Source: an uncultured Clostridia bacterium
Lineage (GTDB): Bacteria; Bacillota; Clostridia; TANB77; CAG-465
Assembly: GCA_944388585.1 (NCBI GenBank)
Contig: CALXJI010000003.1
Location: 4,500-68,499, forward strand
Direction: 5' to 3'
DNA: 64,000 nt
Shown here: positions 27,601 to 36,284 of the stretch, piece by piece
Layout of the letters: each line of letters opens with the position of its first letter
Numbering within the stretch: position 1 is the first letter of the stretch
Made by a program: the position numbers and the translations under genes
The notes under the pieces: model-generated
The model's input: the letters and a program-made list of their open reading frames with translations, nothing else
Told to the model about the DNA's origin: nothing
The model's database searches: none

Positions 27601-27867
27601 AAATGAACCATATACCTCAGATACATATTCATTACTTTTTATTAGTTCAATATCTTCATCCGTAAGACCTAAGGTAGAAATCATTTGAATATCATAAAAA
27701 TTTTGTTCATTATAGTAGTTATCTATTGTCTTTCTCATATCTGGACTGGTAGCTCTTATACCCGCAAAAAAGCCTACTCCTAATAGTGACATTAGCAATA
27801 TAGATAAAAATCTTTTATATGTTTTTCTAATTTCTTTTACACTATCTTTTAATAAAGCTTTTTTCAT
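24664..27867 (-). CDS. MacB/FtsX-type ABC transporter permease (two FtsX modules) with a long extracytoplasmic coiled-coil insert
   Basis: TM clusters at the N-terminus, in the middle and at the C-terminus. A heptad-like K/E/Q/D-rich segment of about 270 aa runs roughly NGYEEQ...EEVANIE. Confidence 0.8.
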   Translation of the reverse strand: MKKALLKDSVKEIRKTYKRFLSILLMSLLGVGFFAGIRATSPDMRKTIDNYYNEQNFYDIQMISTLGLTDEDIELIKSNEYVSEVYGSFSKEALVNISNNSEPVVKVHSLLDINKVILIDGRLPQSDSECVVEQGFLTQTAKKIGDTIVLEDSDDSFNNDTLTIVGTVESPLYITRDRGSGTLGTGKIDYYIYTNSTNFNLDVYTELYIKIKNENSYLTTSDEYNKLANSALDSINGYEEQINTRRYDELIKEANDKVDEAQQELDKNRQENEQKLNDAQKEIDDYRKQIEDSKVSINSQKNSLDTMFADYDKQIQDGKVQLDDAQKTLDEQRITAQEQINNALNTKTTLEENLSKVEMGITIATDKNNQIFNILENPGDLSEDEINYLKGLKVEIEAEIESLNQNKGELEEAIYLIDNTVNQINQELEDAQTTIDDQKIALTQKENEINSYKQEAYGLIDDYLVQIDNSERELNENQIELDKNREDFNNQIKEAEDEIIDAREEVANIEHPKLYILSRDDNTGFNGFKQDTQSIENIGRVFPILFFVIATLISLNSMTRMVEEQRQQIGTLKALGYTKLQISFKYILYASLATVFGGILGMSIGFYLIPKVIWMMYQMMYTIPNFVVEFNFEAGALGLWFAIICIVGATIYTCYKELREKPAILMRPKAPKLGKRVLLEKIPFIWNRFNFTTKVTIRNMFRYKKRFLMTIIGILGCTALILAGFGLKDSITSIIGNQYGEVFRYNYMIGVKSSLSDDEITKFNNEILNRDDVELSVKTYLSTTTITSGEVSEDVQIMITEKKEDLYSIVNLTDLDGNKVELDDNTIYLTDKLAQLLDVNEGDTVTLENSDGEPVEIKVGKIVRNYVYHYAYMSKDLYNNLIGEYSTNMLIVKNNDFGLNNLDNFSRDIMSDNRVSSLTDIETMKGMISDMMESLNYVVWVLIVSSGLLAFVVLYNLANVNISERIRELATIKVLGFYDNEVYNYISKETTILTFMGIVIGLFGGVALTSFILKTCEINVLRFVTLIHPISYVYAALITILFTLIVNFVTYFALKKINMIESLKSVE

Positions 27868-27874
27868 AAAAAAC

Positions 27875-28576
27875 CTACCATTCTATATTCTCAACTGGAA
27901 TCACATTATCATTTTTTCTTATATCAACTGCTACACCATTTTTAAAATGTATTATTTTATCTGCCATAGGAGCTATTGCTTGATTATGTGTAATTATTAT
28001 AACTGTCATATTTTCTTTTCTTGACATATCTTGAAGTAATTTTAATATTTGCTTACCTGTATTGTAGTCTAGTGCACCTGTTGGTTCATCACACAATAAT
28101 AATTTAGGATTTTTTGCTATTGCCCTTGCAATTGCTACACGTTGTTGTTCTCCTCCTGAAAGCTGAGATGGAAAATTATTTAGTCTTTTTCCAAGTCCTA
28201 CTTTTCTCATAACCACTTTAGGATCTAGTGCATGCTTACAAATTTGAGTTGCAAGTTCCACATTTTCAACAGCTGTTAAATTTTGAACTAAATTATAAAA
28301 CTGAAAAACAAACCCTATATCTTCTCTTCTATATTTTATTAGTTCTCTTCCCTTAAGCTTTGTAATATCTTTGCCATCTACAACTACTCTACCACTAGTT
28401 GCATCGTCCATTCCACCCAAAATATTTAAAGCAGTAGTTTTTCCTGCGCCACTTGCACCTACTATTACCACAAGCTCTCCTTTTTCAATACTAAAAGATG
28501 TTTTATCTAATGCGACAATTTCAATTTCTCCCATTTTATATTTTTTTACAACACTTTGAAATTCAATATATGACAT
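27875..28576 (-). CDS. ABC transporter ATP-binding protein (MacB/LolD-like)
   Basis: [23 protein letters not shown] and [12 protein letters not shown]. Confidence 0.9.
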   Translation of the reverse strand: MSYIEFQSVVKKYKMGEIEIVALDKTSFSIEKGELVVIVGASGAGKTTALNILGGMDDATSGRVVVDGKDITKLKGRELIKYRREDIGFVFQFYNLVQNLTAVENVELATQICKHALDPKVVMRKVGLGKRLNNFPSQLSGGEQQRVAIARAIAKNPKLLLCDEPTGALDYNTGKQILKLLQDMSRKENMTVIIITHNQAIAPMADKIIHFKNGVAVDIRKNDNVIPVENIEW

Positions 28577-28725
28577 ATGATCCTCCATTATATATATTAA
28601 TTATACCATAAACAAAAACAATTTTAATATACAATTTCCAAAATATGTATATTTATCTAATATTATTTTATTGATAGATTAAGTTATATATGTTATATTA
28701 AAATAATATAAAGGATGTGATTTAT

Positions 28726-29253
28726 ATGGTTGAATTTTTATTTATTAGACACGGTGAACCAGATTACACAGAAATTGATAAAAGAAAATATAAAGGATTT
28801 GGGAATGATTTAGCTCCCCTTACAAAAGAAGGTATAAGACAAGTAGAAAAACTTACAAAAGATAATAACTTAAAAGATGCTGACATTATAATTACATCAC
28901 CATATACAAGAACAATGCAAACAGCATCAATTTTATCTAAAGAGTTAAATATAAATATGTCAGTAGAATTAGATTTAATGGAATGGATACCAGATTTATC
29001 TTATAGTTATGATGATTACTCAAAAGTTGTAAAATGGAGAAAACAATACGATATAAACAATGGAAAACATATAAATGCATCATATAATTGGGAAGAAAAA
29101 GAATCTATACAAAAAAGAGTAAAAAACGTATTAAAAAAATATTCAAACTATTCAAAAGTTATTGTTGTTACTCATGGTATGGTAATTAATGCATTAACTA
29201 ATACTCAAAAGCCAGAATATGCAAAAATAGTAAAATATAGTTATAACCCTTAA
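28726..29253 (+). CDS. histidine phosphatase (phosphoglycerate mutase-like) family protein
   Basis: FIRHGEPDY, TSPYTRTMQTA and VVTHG. Confidence 0.8.
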   Translation: MVEFLFIRHGEPDYTEIDKRKYKGFGNDLAPLTKEGIRQVEKLTKDNNLKDADIIITSPYTRTMQTASILSKELNINMSVELDLMEWIPDLSYSYDDYSKVVKWRKQYDINNGKHINASYNWEEKESIQKRVKNVLKKYSNYSKVIVVTHGMVINALTNTQKPEYAKIVKYSYNP

Positions 29254-29303
29254 AATTATTTTAAAATGTGATATAATATCTACATTGAAAGGAGTTTTTA
29301 TAT

Positions 29304-29825
29304 ATGTCAAATCCAATAGTAACAATAGAAATGGAAAATGGTGATATTATTAAGGCAGAATTATACCCTTCTGTTGCACCAAACACGGTAAATAATTTTA
29401 TTTTTTTAGTAAATATGGGATTTTATGATGATACAATATTTCATAGAGTAATATCAGGATTTATGATACAAGGTGGTGATCCTCAAGGAATTGGAACAGG
29501 TGGTCCTGGATATACAATAAAAGGTGAATTTTCAAGAAATGGTTTTAAAAATGACTTAAAACACGAAGCAGGAGTTCTATCTATGGCAAGATCTATGCTT
29601 CCAAATTCTGCTGGCTCTCAGTTTTTTATTATGCATAAAAATGCGCCGCATTTAGACGGATCTTATGCTGCTTTTGGTAAAGTAATTGAAGGGATGGATG
29701 TTGTAAATAAAATTGCTACTACTCCTACAGATTCGTCTGATAAGCCTTTAGAAAATCAAAAAATAAAGAAAATGACTGTAGATACACACGGAGTAAAGTT
29801 TCCTGAACCAATAAAATATAAATAG
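29304..29825 (+). CDS. ppiB: cyclophilin-type peptidyl-prolyl cis-trans isomerase
   Basis: FHRVISGFMIQGGDP, SMAR and GSQFFI. Confidence 0.9.
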   Translation: MSNPIVTIEMENGDIIKAELYPSVAPNTVNNFIFLVNMGFYDDTIFHRVISGFMIQGGDPQGIGTGGPGYTIKGEFSRNGFKNDLKHEAGVLSMARSMLPNSAGSQFFIMHKNAPHLDGSYAAFGKVIEGMDVVNKIATTPTDSSDKPLENQKIKKMTVDTHGVKFPEPIKYK

Positions 29826-29855
29826 ACCCTACTTTAAAAGTAGAGTCTATTTTTC

Positions 29856-31739
29856 TTATTTTGCCATTATATCACATATTAAATTAGAAATTTCTGTAGG
29901 ATTTTCCACACTCATTCCCTCAATTAATCTTGCTTGTGAATATAATATCTTAGTATAATCTTTTAATTTTTCTTTATCTTCTTTATATAATTCTTTTAAT
30001 TTGTTTGCTATAGGATGCTCTTCATTTATTTCTAGTACTTTTTGAGCCTTCACATTTTGATCAGTAGGCATTGCATTTATCACCTTTTCCATTTCAAGTG
30101 ATATAGCACCCTCACTTGTTAGGCATACTGGATGATTTTTAAGTCTATGAGTAAATCTTACAAGTTGTACTTCATCCTTTATTGCCTCTTTCATAGCATC
30201 AAACATTTCTTTGTTTTCTTCATTTTCCTTTTTTAATTTTTCCTTTTCTTCTTCTGTATCAAGATCCAATTCATTAGTACAAATATTAGTGAATTTCTTT
30301 TCATCATAATTCATTAAAGATTGTACAACAAATTCATCTATGTTTTCTGTTAAATATAATATTTCATATCCTTTTTCTTTTACTTTTTCAACTTGTGGTA
30401 ACATATCTATTTTATCTAATGTCTCACCACATGCATAATATATATCTTTTTGATCTTCTTTCATTCTTGATACATATTCTTTTAATGTTGTTAATTTTTT
30501 ATCTGTTGACGAATAAAACATTAATAAATCTTTTAATTTATCTTTGTCCATTCCATAATTATCATACGCACCATATTTTAGTTGTGAGCCAAAATTATTG
30601 AAGAATTTAATATACTCATCTCTATCACTATTTAACATTTTAGTAAGCTCAGCATTTATTTTCTTTTCTATATTTTTTGCAAGTGTTTTTAGTTGTCTGT
30701 CATGTTGCAACATCTCTCTTGATATGTTTAAAGATAAATCTGGACTGTCAACAAGTCCCTTTACAAATCCAAAATAATCCGGTAAAAGTTCAGCACATTT
30801 TTCCATTATTAAAACGCCATTAGAGTATAATTGTAATCCTTTTTCATATTCTTTTGTATAAAAATCATATGGAAGATGTGATGGTATAAATAATAATGCA
30901 TTGTAACTAAAAGTTCCCTCTGCTTGAGTATGTATAACTTTTTGTGGTTTACTAAAATCTGAAAATTTAGATGTATAAAAAGAATCATACTCTTCTTGTT
31001 TTATTTCGGATTTTTTCTTTTTCCATAAAGGAATCATACTATTTAAAGTCTCTGTCTCTTTTACTTTTTCATATTCATCCTTTGAACCTTCTTTTAATTT
31101 TTCATGTTCAACATCCATTAATATAGGATAACGAATATAATCTGAATATTTCTTTACCAAATTTTTAATAACAAATTCTTCTAGATATCTGCTATACTTT
31201 TCATCTTCTGTATCATCTTTTATCTTTAATATAATTTTTGTTCCAATTTCATCTTTTTCATATGGTTCTATTGTATATCCTTCTACACCTTTTGAATGCC
31301 ATTTATATGCCTGTTCATCATCTAAAGACTTAGATATTACAGTCACGTCGCTACTAACCATAAAACAAGAATAAAATCCAACACCAAATTGACCTATTAT
31401 CTCAACATCATCTTGCTTTTCTTGTGCTTCTTTAAAAGCTAAAGAACCACTTTTAGCAATAGTTCCAAGATTATTTTCAAGTTCCTCTTTATTCATTCCA
31501 CAACCATTGTCTTCTATTGTAAGTATTTTATTTTCTTTATCTAATGATATTTTTACATTTAATTTATCTCTATCTACAGTCTCTTTCTTTTGAGTCATAG
31601 AATTATAATAACGTTTATCTAGTGCATCGCTTGCATTAGATATTAACTCTCTTAAAAATATTTCCTTATTTGTATATATAGAATTAATCATTAAATCTAA
31701 CAATCTTTTTGACTCTGCTTTAAATTGCTTTTCTTTCAT
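29856..31739 (-). CDS. htpG: molecular chaperone HtpG (Hsp90)
   Basis: [24 protein letters not shown] and the expected length. Second ATG chosen because the first abuts the SD. Confidence 0.95.
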   Translation of the reverse strand: MKEKQFKAESKRLLDLMINSIYTNKEIFLRELISNASDALDKRYYNSMTQKKETVDRDKLNVKISLDKENKILTIEDNGCGMNKEELENNLGTIAKSGSLAFKEAQEKQDDVEIIGQFGVGFYSCFMVSSDVTVISKSLDDEQAYKWHSKGVEGYTIEPYEKDEIGTKIILKIKDDTEDEKYSRYLEEFVIKNLVKKYSDYIRYPILMDVEHEKLKEGSKDEYEKVKETETLNSMIPLWKKKKSEIKQEEYDSFYTSKFSDFSKPQKVIHTQAEGTFSYNALLFIPSHLPYDFYTKEYEKGLQLYSNGVLIMEKCAELLPDYFGFVKGLVDSPDLSLNISREMLQHDRQLKTLAKNIEKKINAELTKMLNSDRDEYIKFFNNFGSQLKYGAYDNYGMDKDKLKDLLMFYSSTDKKLTTLKEYVSRMKEDQKDIYYACGETLDKIDMLPQVEKVKEKGYEILYLTENIDEFVVQSLMNYDEKKFTNICTNELDLDTEEEKEKLKKENEENKEMFDAMKEAIKDEVQLVRFTHRLKNHPVCLTSEGAISLEMEKVINAMPTDQNVKAQKVLEINEEHPIANKLKELYKEDKEKLKDYTKILYSQARLIEGMSVENPTEISNLICDIMAK

Positions 31740-31783
31740 AAAAAACATCTCCTTTATTCAATAAGTAATTATATACCTATATT

Positions 31784-31810
31784 TTAGCACTGTCAAGTAA
31801 TGAGTGCTAA
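31784..31810. promoter_or_regulatory. CIRCE operator (HrcA binding site) upstream of htpG
   Basis: TTAGCACTG-N9-GAGTGCTAA against the consensus TTAGCACTC-N9-GAGTGCTAA; one mismatch. Confidence 0.85.
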
Positions 31811-31839
31811 AATATTTAAATTTACTTATAAAGGAGATG

Positions 31840-32553
31840 TTAAGATATTCCTGTATTCTCATTTTCTGATGGAATATCTTCAATTATATTTTCATTTTCA
31901 TTATCATCATTATTTGAATCAATTTTATTATTTATAGTAGTATCAGAATTTTCATATTCATTTTTATTTTGTTGTTCATAATCGTTTTGTTTATTAAAAT
32001 TGTTATAATTATTATAGTTATTATAATTATAGTTTTTATCTACTTTTGTGTCTTGTTTATTATCATTCTCATCATCGCTTTCAGTAACTTTTTCATCTTG
32101 ATTTTCTTTAACTTTACTATTATTTGGAGAAGATATAATAAAGCCAAATATAAATGCAACTATAAATAATAATAAAACACAAATTGCAAAATTTCTTTTA
32201 TTTTTAAATATCTCTATTAATTTAGATTTTAAATCGTCTTTTTTATCTGATACTTCATTTTCAGTTTTATTATTGTTTTTTTGGTATTCACTAAACTGAG
32301 AATATGATTCTACTTCTGGCATTGGAGCATTAGGATCTATTTTAAATCCATTATCATAGTCGTATAAAAGTCTTTTATTATCATCACTTAGTACTTCATA
32401 TGCTTCATTTATTTCCTTCAACTTATTTTCAGCATATATTTTATTACCTGTATATGAATCTGGATGATACTTTTTAATTAATGCTCTATATGCATTTTTT
32501 ATTACTTCTTTTGAAGCATTTGTACTTACCTCTAATATTTCATAATAATTCAT
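31840..32553 (-). CDS. J-domain protein with a central TM helix and an N/D-rich low-complexity tail
   Basis: YYEILEV...KKYHPD J-domain, [21 protein letters not shown], and an [14 protein letters not shown] tract. Confidence 0.75.
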   Translation of the reverse strand: MNYYEILEVSTNASKEVIKNAYRALIKKYHPDSYTGNKIYAENKLKEINEAYEVLSDDNKRLLYDYDNGFKIDPNAPMPEVESYSQFSEYQKNNNKTENEVSDKKDDLKSKLIEIFKNKRNFAICVLLLFIVAFIFGFIISSPNNSKVKENQDEKVTESDDENDNKQDTKVDKNYNYNNYNNYNNFNKQNDYEQQNKNEYENSDTTINNKIDSNNDDNENENIIEDIPSENENTGIS

Positions 32554-32675
32554 ACGCATTCCTCATAAATGTTATACCATATAATATAACATATTTCAAA
32601 AAATATTATAATAATATTATATTTTTTTGATTTTTTTAATTAAATTTTATATAATATTATATGCGAGGAGATCCT

Positions 32676-33605
32676 ATGAATTATATTTTTTCAGATATTA
32701 AAAATTTTAAAAATTTTAAAACTATTACTAAATTAAATAGCGGATATTCAAAAGATGAAAAATATCATATTATAACTTATACAAATGATAATTTACTTTT
32801 AAGAATATCTGATGCTAAACTTTATGAAAAGAAAATAAAGGAATTTGAATTTATTAAATCACTTAATAAACTAGACTTTGAAATGTCTAAAGCTATAGAA
32901 ATAGGAAAATGTAATAATGGAAAAAATGTATATATGCTACTTACATGGATTGAAGGAGAAAGCTTAGACAAAGTTATTACATCTTTTGATAAAAAAACTC
33001 AATATAGACTAGGAACAGAAGCAGGAAAAATTTTGTTTTCTATACATAATCAAAAATATAATATTAATACACAAGAAGAGCTTAAAGATGACATTATTAA
33101 AGACATAATAACTAAATTAAATATTTATGTAGAAAATAAAGATATTAGAATTAAAGATGATATAGAGGTAATAAACTTTATAAATAATAATATGTTTGAT
33201 ATTTTAAACTTACCAGCTACATATATACATGGTGATTTTCATTTAGGAAATTTAATATATACAAAAAACAAGAAAATTGGAGTTATAGATTTTAATAGAG
33301 TAAAAATTAGTGATAGATTTGAAGACTTTTATAAAAACGATTTATTTAACGTACCAAAAAGTATTCCATTTAGTTGTGGATTTATTGATGGATATTTTAA
33401 TTATTCAATACCAGATTACTTTTGGAAAATAAATTCAGTATATGTAGCTTTTTCTTCTATGAATACAATAAGGTGGTCATTAAAATTTGGTAAGGAACAT
33501 GTTGAAAAAATGCAAAATAGATGCATCAATATTTTTAAAGAATATAATTATTTTAAAGAATATATTCCTAAATGGTATATAGATTTTAAAAATACTCAAA
33601 AATAA
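32676..33605 (+). CDS. aminoglycoside/choline kinase-like phosphotransferase (APH fold)
   Basis: HGDFHLGNLIY ... GVIDFNR catalytic/Mg loop pattern. GAGGAG lies before the ATG at 32676. Confidence 0.7.
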   Translation: MNYIFSDIKNFKNFKTITKLNSGYSKDEKYHIITYTNDNLLLRISDAKLYEKKIKEFEFIKSLNKLDFEMSKAIEIGKCNNGKNVYMLLTWIEGESLDKVITSFDKKTQYRLGTEAGKILFSIHNQKYNINTQEELKDDIIKDIITKLNIYVENKDIRIKDDIEVINFINNNMFDILNLPATYIHGDFHLGNLIYTKNKKIGVIDFNRVKISDRFEDFYKNDLFNVPKSIPFSCGFIDGYFNYSIPDYFWKINSVYVAFSSMNTIRWSLKFGKEHVEKMQNRCINIFKEYNYFKEYIPKWYIDFKNTQK

Positions 33606-33613
33606 AATTTTAA

Positions 33614-33657
33614 TATACACCTCTATTGATTTTTATTTAATATTTAGAGGTGTATAT
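33614..33657. terminator. bidirectional hairpin terminator
   Basis: atatacacctcta ... tagaggtgtatat, between convergent genes. Confidence 0.7.
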
Positions 33658-33663
33658 TTCTTT

Positions 33664-33894
33664 TTACTTTTTAATATTCATTTGGTCTATCATCTTCTCA
33701 ATATTATTATATAATCCTTTTATTTCATCTTTTAATTTATTTATCTCATCTTTTTTTTCATTAATTTCATTTTCATATAAAATTTTTATAACTTTATAAT
33801 CTTCTGGCATAATCATTTCTATATCTATTAATCCTTTATCATACTCTCTTTTTATTTTTAAAATTCTTTTTAATTCATTAGTATCTATATTCAT
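33664..33894 (-). CDS. small coiled-coil protein, paralog of 10686..10895
   Basis: Same YDKG...LY..EI.E...EI..L..EI pattern. AGGAGA RBS. Begins 9 nt after the large upstream ORF. Confidence 0.65.
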   Translation of the reverse strand: MNIDTNELKRILKIKREYDKGLIDIEMIMPEDYKVIKILYENEINEKKDEINKLKDEIKGLYNNIEKMIDQMNIKK

Positions 33895-33903
33895 AGCTTT
33901 CTC

Positions 33904-36165
33904 CTATCCGATATATGCATCTGGTTGACTTTTATTATAATCATTTAAACCAATTCTTTCAAATTTCTTTTTAATTTTATGTAATATGTCACTTTTATTT
34001 ATTTCTGTATCTCTATAATTTTTAGTTTTAGCTTTATCTATTTCTAAATTTCTAGATTCATAGAAATTCATCTTGTTTATTAATTCTTGTACTCCCACTT
34101 CATCGTTTTCTAGAACTTTAATATTATTTAGAGCAGATTTTTCTGTAAGATTAAATTCCATTGATTTATATTTTAAATTGCAATATTGCTTTGCTAATAT
34201 AAAATCATTTTCATTAAATATATTATTAGCATATCTTTCTATAAGATTAATTTTATTCATTTCTTTGCTATTTTCTTTTAGTACTTGATAATTTATAATT
34301 CCAATAATTTCTTCTTTTTCTTCATCATTTTTTAATGAGTTAAGTATATCTTCAAATTCTTCATCGCTCTTATATTTAACTACTTTTAATAATTTATCTC
34401 CCAAATTATCTATATAGTCTTTATACGGCAGTCTTGATTCATCATCTATTTCTTCTATCATTTGTCTCATATCGTAAATATTATCGTAAAAATATATAAA
34501 GTCTTGATAATCCATATTGTTTAATTCTTTTGCAATATCATTACAATTAAAATATTTTTGAAATTTATTATTTAATTCTTTATTATCTCCTATTCTTTTT
34601 TGAATTATATTTAAGATTTTATCATTAATATTTTGCTTATTAGTTTCTCTTGCTTCTTTAAATTTATAATAGTCTTTTAATATATCATTATCTTTTACAT
34701 CTTCATATTCTCTATTAATTATATTAGAAATTTCTTCTTTTCTAACATATGGTTTAACAGACTTAGCTTCCTCTTCTAATCTTTTTAATATTCCCTGTGC
34801 TATAGAATCATCAATAGTAGAATATTTAAAAAACGCCTCTTTTTCTTCTGGTGTAAACTCTTTAAATTCTTGATATAAATTTTCTCCATATTTTTTATCA
34901 AAAGCTGCAGTTTCTTTTTCTAATTTTTTCTTTTCATTCTTGTTTTTATTAGATATTTCTAATAAAAACTCATCATAATTTTTTCCATTTTCTTTTAAAA
35001 TATCTTCTATATCAGCTTTTACATTTTCAGGTAATGTTTCTATTGCATTTTCTAAATTACCTTTTTGCAAATATTTACCAAGGCTAATTGACATCTCAGG
35101 ATATGTTTCTAATATATACTGTTTTACAATTTCATCTGGATCTATAAACTCAAATTTTTCATTATCCTTTTGAATATTTATATATAATTTTCTAATTTTT
35201 TCTGGAACATTTGGATCATCTATATCTAAATAAGTAATATTATTATTTAAATATTTCTTAGCTAGCAAAATATCATTATTTAGCATTTCATACTTTTTTA
35301 TACTCCCTGAATAATCTCTTTTTAAATCTTCTATTTCTTTATAATTTATTTCCATATTGCCAGCTAAACTTTTGGTAATATTGGTTATTTTATCTTCATC
35401 TTGAGAAAATTCATATTCTTCTTTATCTGAGTCCATATATTTCCCTATATCTTCTATTTTGCTTTTATAGTTTTTTAAGAGTCTTTTTAAAACACTGCTT
35501 TTATCTTCACTTGGATATATTTTATACTGATTTTCAAGTTCGTCGATTTTCGATAAATAATCTTTCATTTCTCTAATACTTGCCTGTAAGATTTCTTTTT
35601 TTTCATATTCTTTTAAAGAATTCTCAATATACTCTCTATTATTATAATTTTGATCATTCAACGCTTCTTCTATGTCAAATCTAAGTTTATCTAAAGAATC
35701 TTTTCTTTGCATATAGGTTACTTTATTTTCAATGTTTTCTCCTACTAAACTATTTATTCCAATTATATTTTGCTCTATATCTTTACTAGTTTGGTTTCTA
35801 TATTGATTTGAAACAACATACGATTGAGAAATAATATCATATAATAGCTCTAATGTTAATTGTCTTTTTTCCTCTAAATTTTGTGTAGAAGAAATATCAC
35901 TAATCCTATCCTTTATTCTATGCTCATTTATATATACAATATATTTACTTTCATCTATATCATCTAAAGTTGTAAATTCTATACATTCTCTATTTATATC
36001 TTCAGATTGTTGATATTCTATATTTTTATTATTTTCACTAGTTTGATATATTATTTTTTTAATAATTTCATCATAATTATTAAAATCTATATCGTCAAAA
36101 TTGTTAAAAACAACATTATTTATATTATTTCTTACTATTTCAATTAATTCCTCATTACTCTTCAT
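33904..36165 (-). CDS. large K/E/N/D-rich hypothetical protein (753 aa)
   Basis: AGGTGA RBS. No TM helix or signal peptide. The segment IISQSYVVSNQ aligns by eye with IQHEYRHYKQ of the 10900..12567 product. Confidence 0.6.
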   Translation of the reverse strand: MKSNEELIEIVRNNINNVVFNNFDDIDFNNYDEIIKKIIYQTSENNKNIEYQQSEDINRECIEFTTLDDIDESKYIVYINEHRIKDRISDISSTQNLEEKRQLTLELLYDIISQSYVVSNQYRNQTSKDIEQNIIGINSLVGENIENKVTYMQRKDSLDKLRFDIEEALNDQNYNNREYIENSLKEYEKKEILQASIREMKDYLSKIDELENQYKIYPSEDKSSVLKRLLKNYKSKIEDIGKYMDSDKEEYEFSQDEDKITNITKSLAGNMEINYKEIEDLKRDYSGSIKKYEMLNNDILLAKKYLNNNITYLDIDDPNVPEKIRKLYINIQKDNEKFEFIDPDEIVKQYILETYPEMSISLGKYLQKGNLENAIETLPENVKADIEDILKENGKNYDEFLLEISNKNKNEKKKLEKETAAFDKKYGENLYQEFKEFTPEEKEAFFKYSTIDDSIAQGILKRLEEEAKSVKPYVRKEEISNIINREYEDVKDNDILKDYYKFKEARETNKQNINDKILNIIQKRIGDNKELNNKFQKYFNCNDIAKELNNMDYQDFIYFYDNIYDMRQMIEEIDDESRLPYKDYIDNLGDKLLKVVKYKSDEEFEDILNSLKNDEEKEEIIGIINYQVLKENSKEMNKINLIERYANNIFNENDFILAKQYCNLKYKSMEFNLTEKSALNNIKVLENDEVGVQELINKMNFYESRNLEIDKAKTKNYRDTEINKSDILHKIKKKFERIGLNDYNKSQPDAYIG

Positions 36166-36246
36166 AATATCACCTAATATATTTATATTAAAATTATATT
36201 ATATATTATAGCTTTATTCAACATAATTTATTTATTGTAATATAAT

Positions 36247-36280
36247 AGAAAAAAACTTGAGAAATTAATCTCAAGTTTTT
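36247..36280 (-). terminator. intrinsic terminator after the P-type ATPase gene
   Basis: aaaaacttgaga-ttaatt-tctcaagttttt on the minus strand. Confidence 0.8.
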
Positions 36281-36284
36281 AAAT

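Noticed and set aside
32602-32618. 17-nt AT-only palindrome aatattat-a-ataatatt between the divergent J-domain and kinase genes.
   Set aside because: It consists only of A/T in a region that is almost pure A/T. This is not distinguishable from chance without comparative data.
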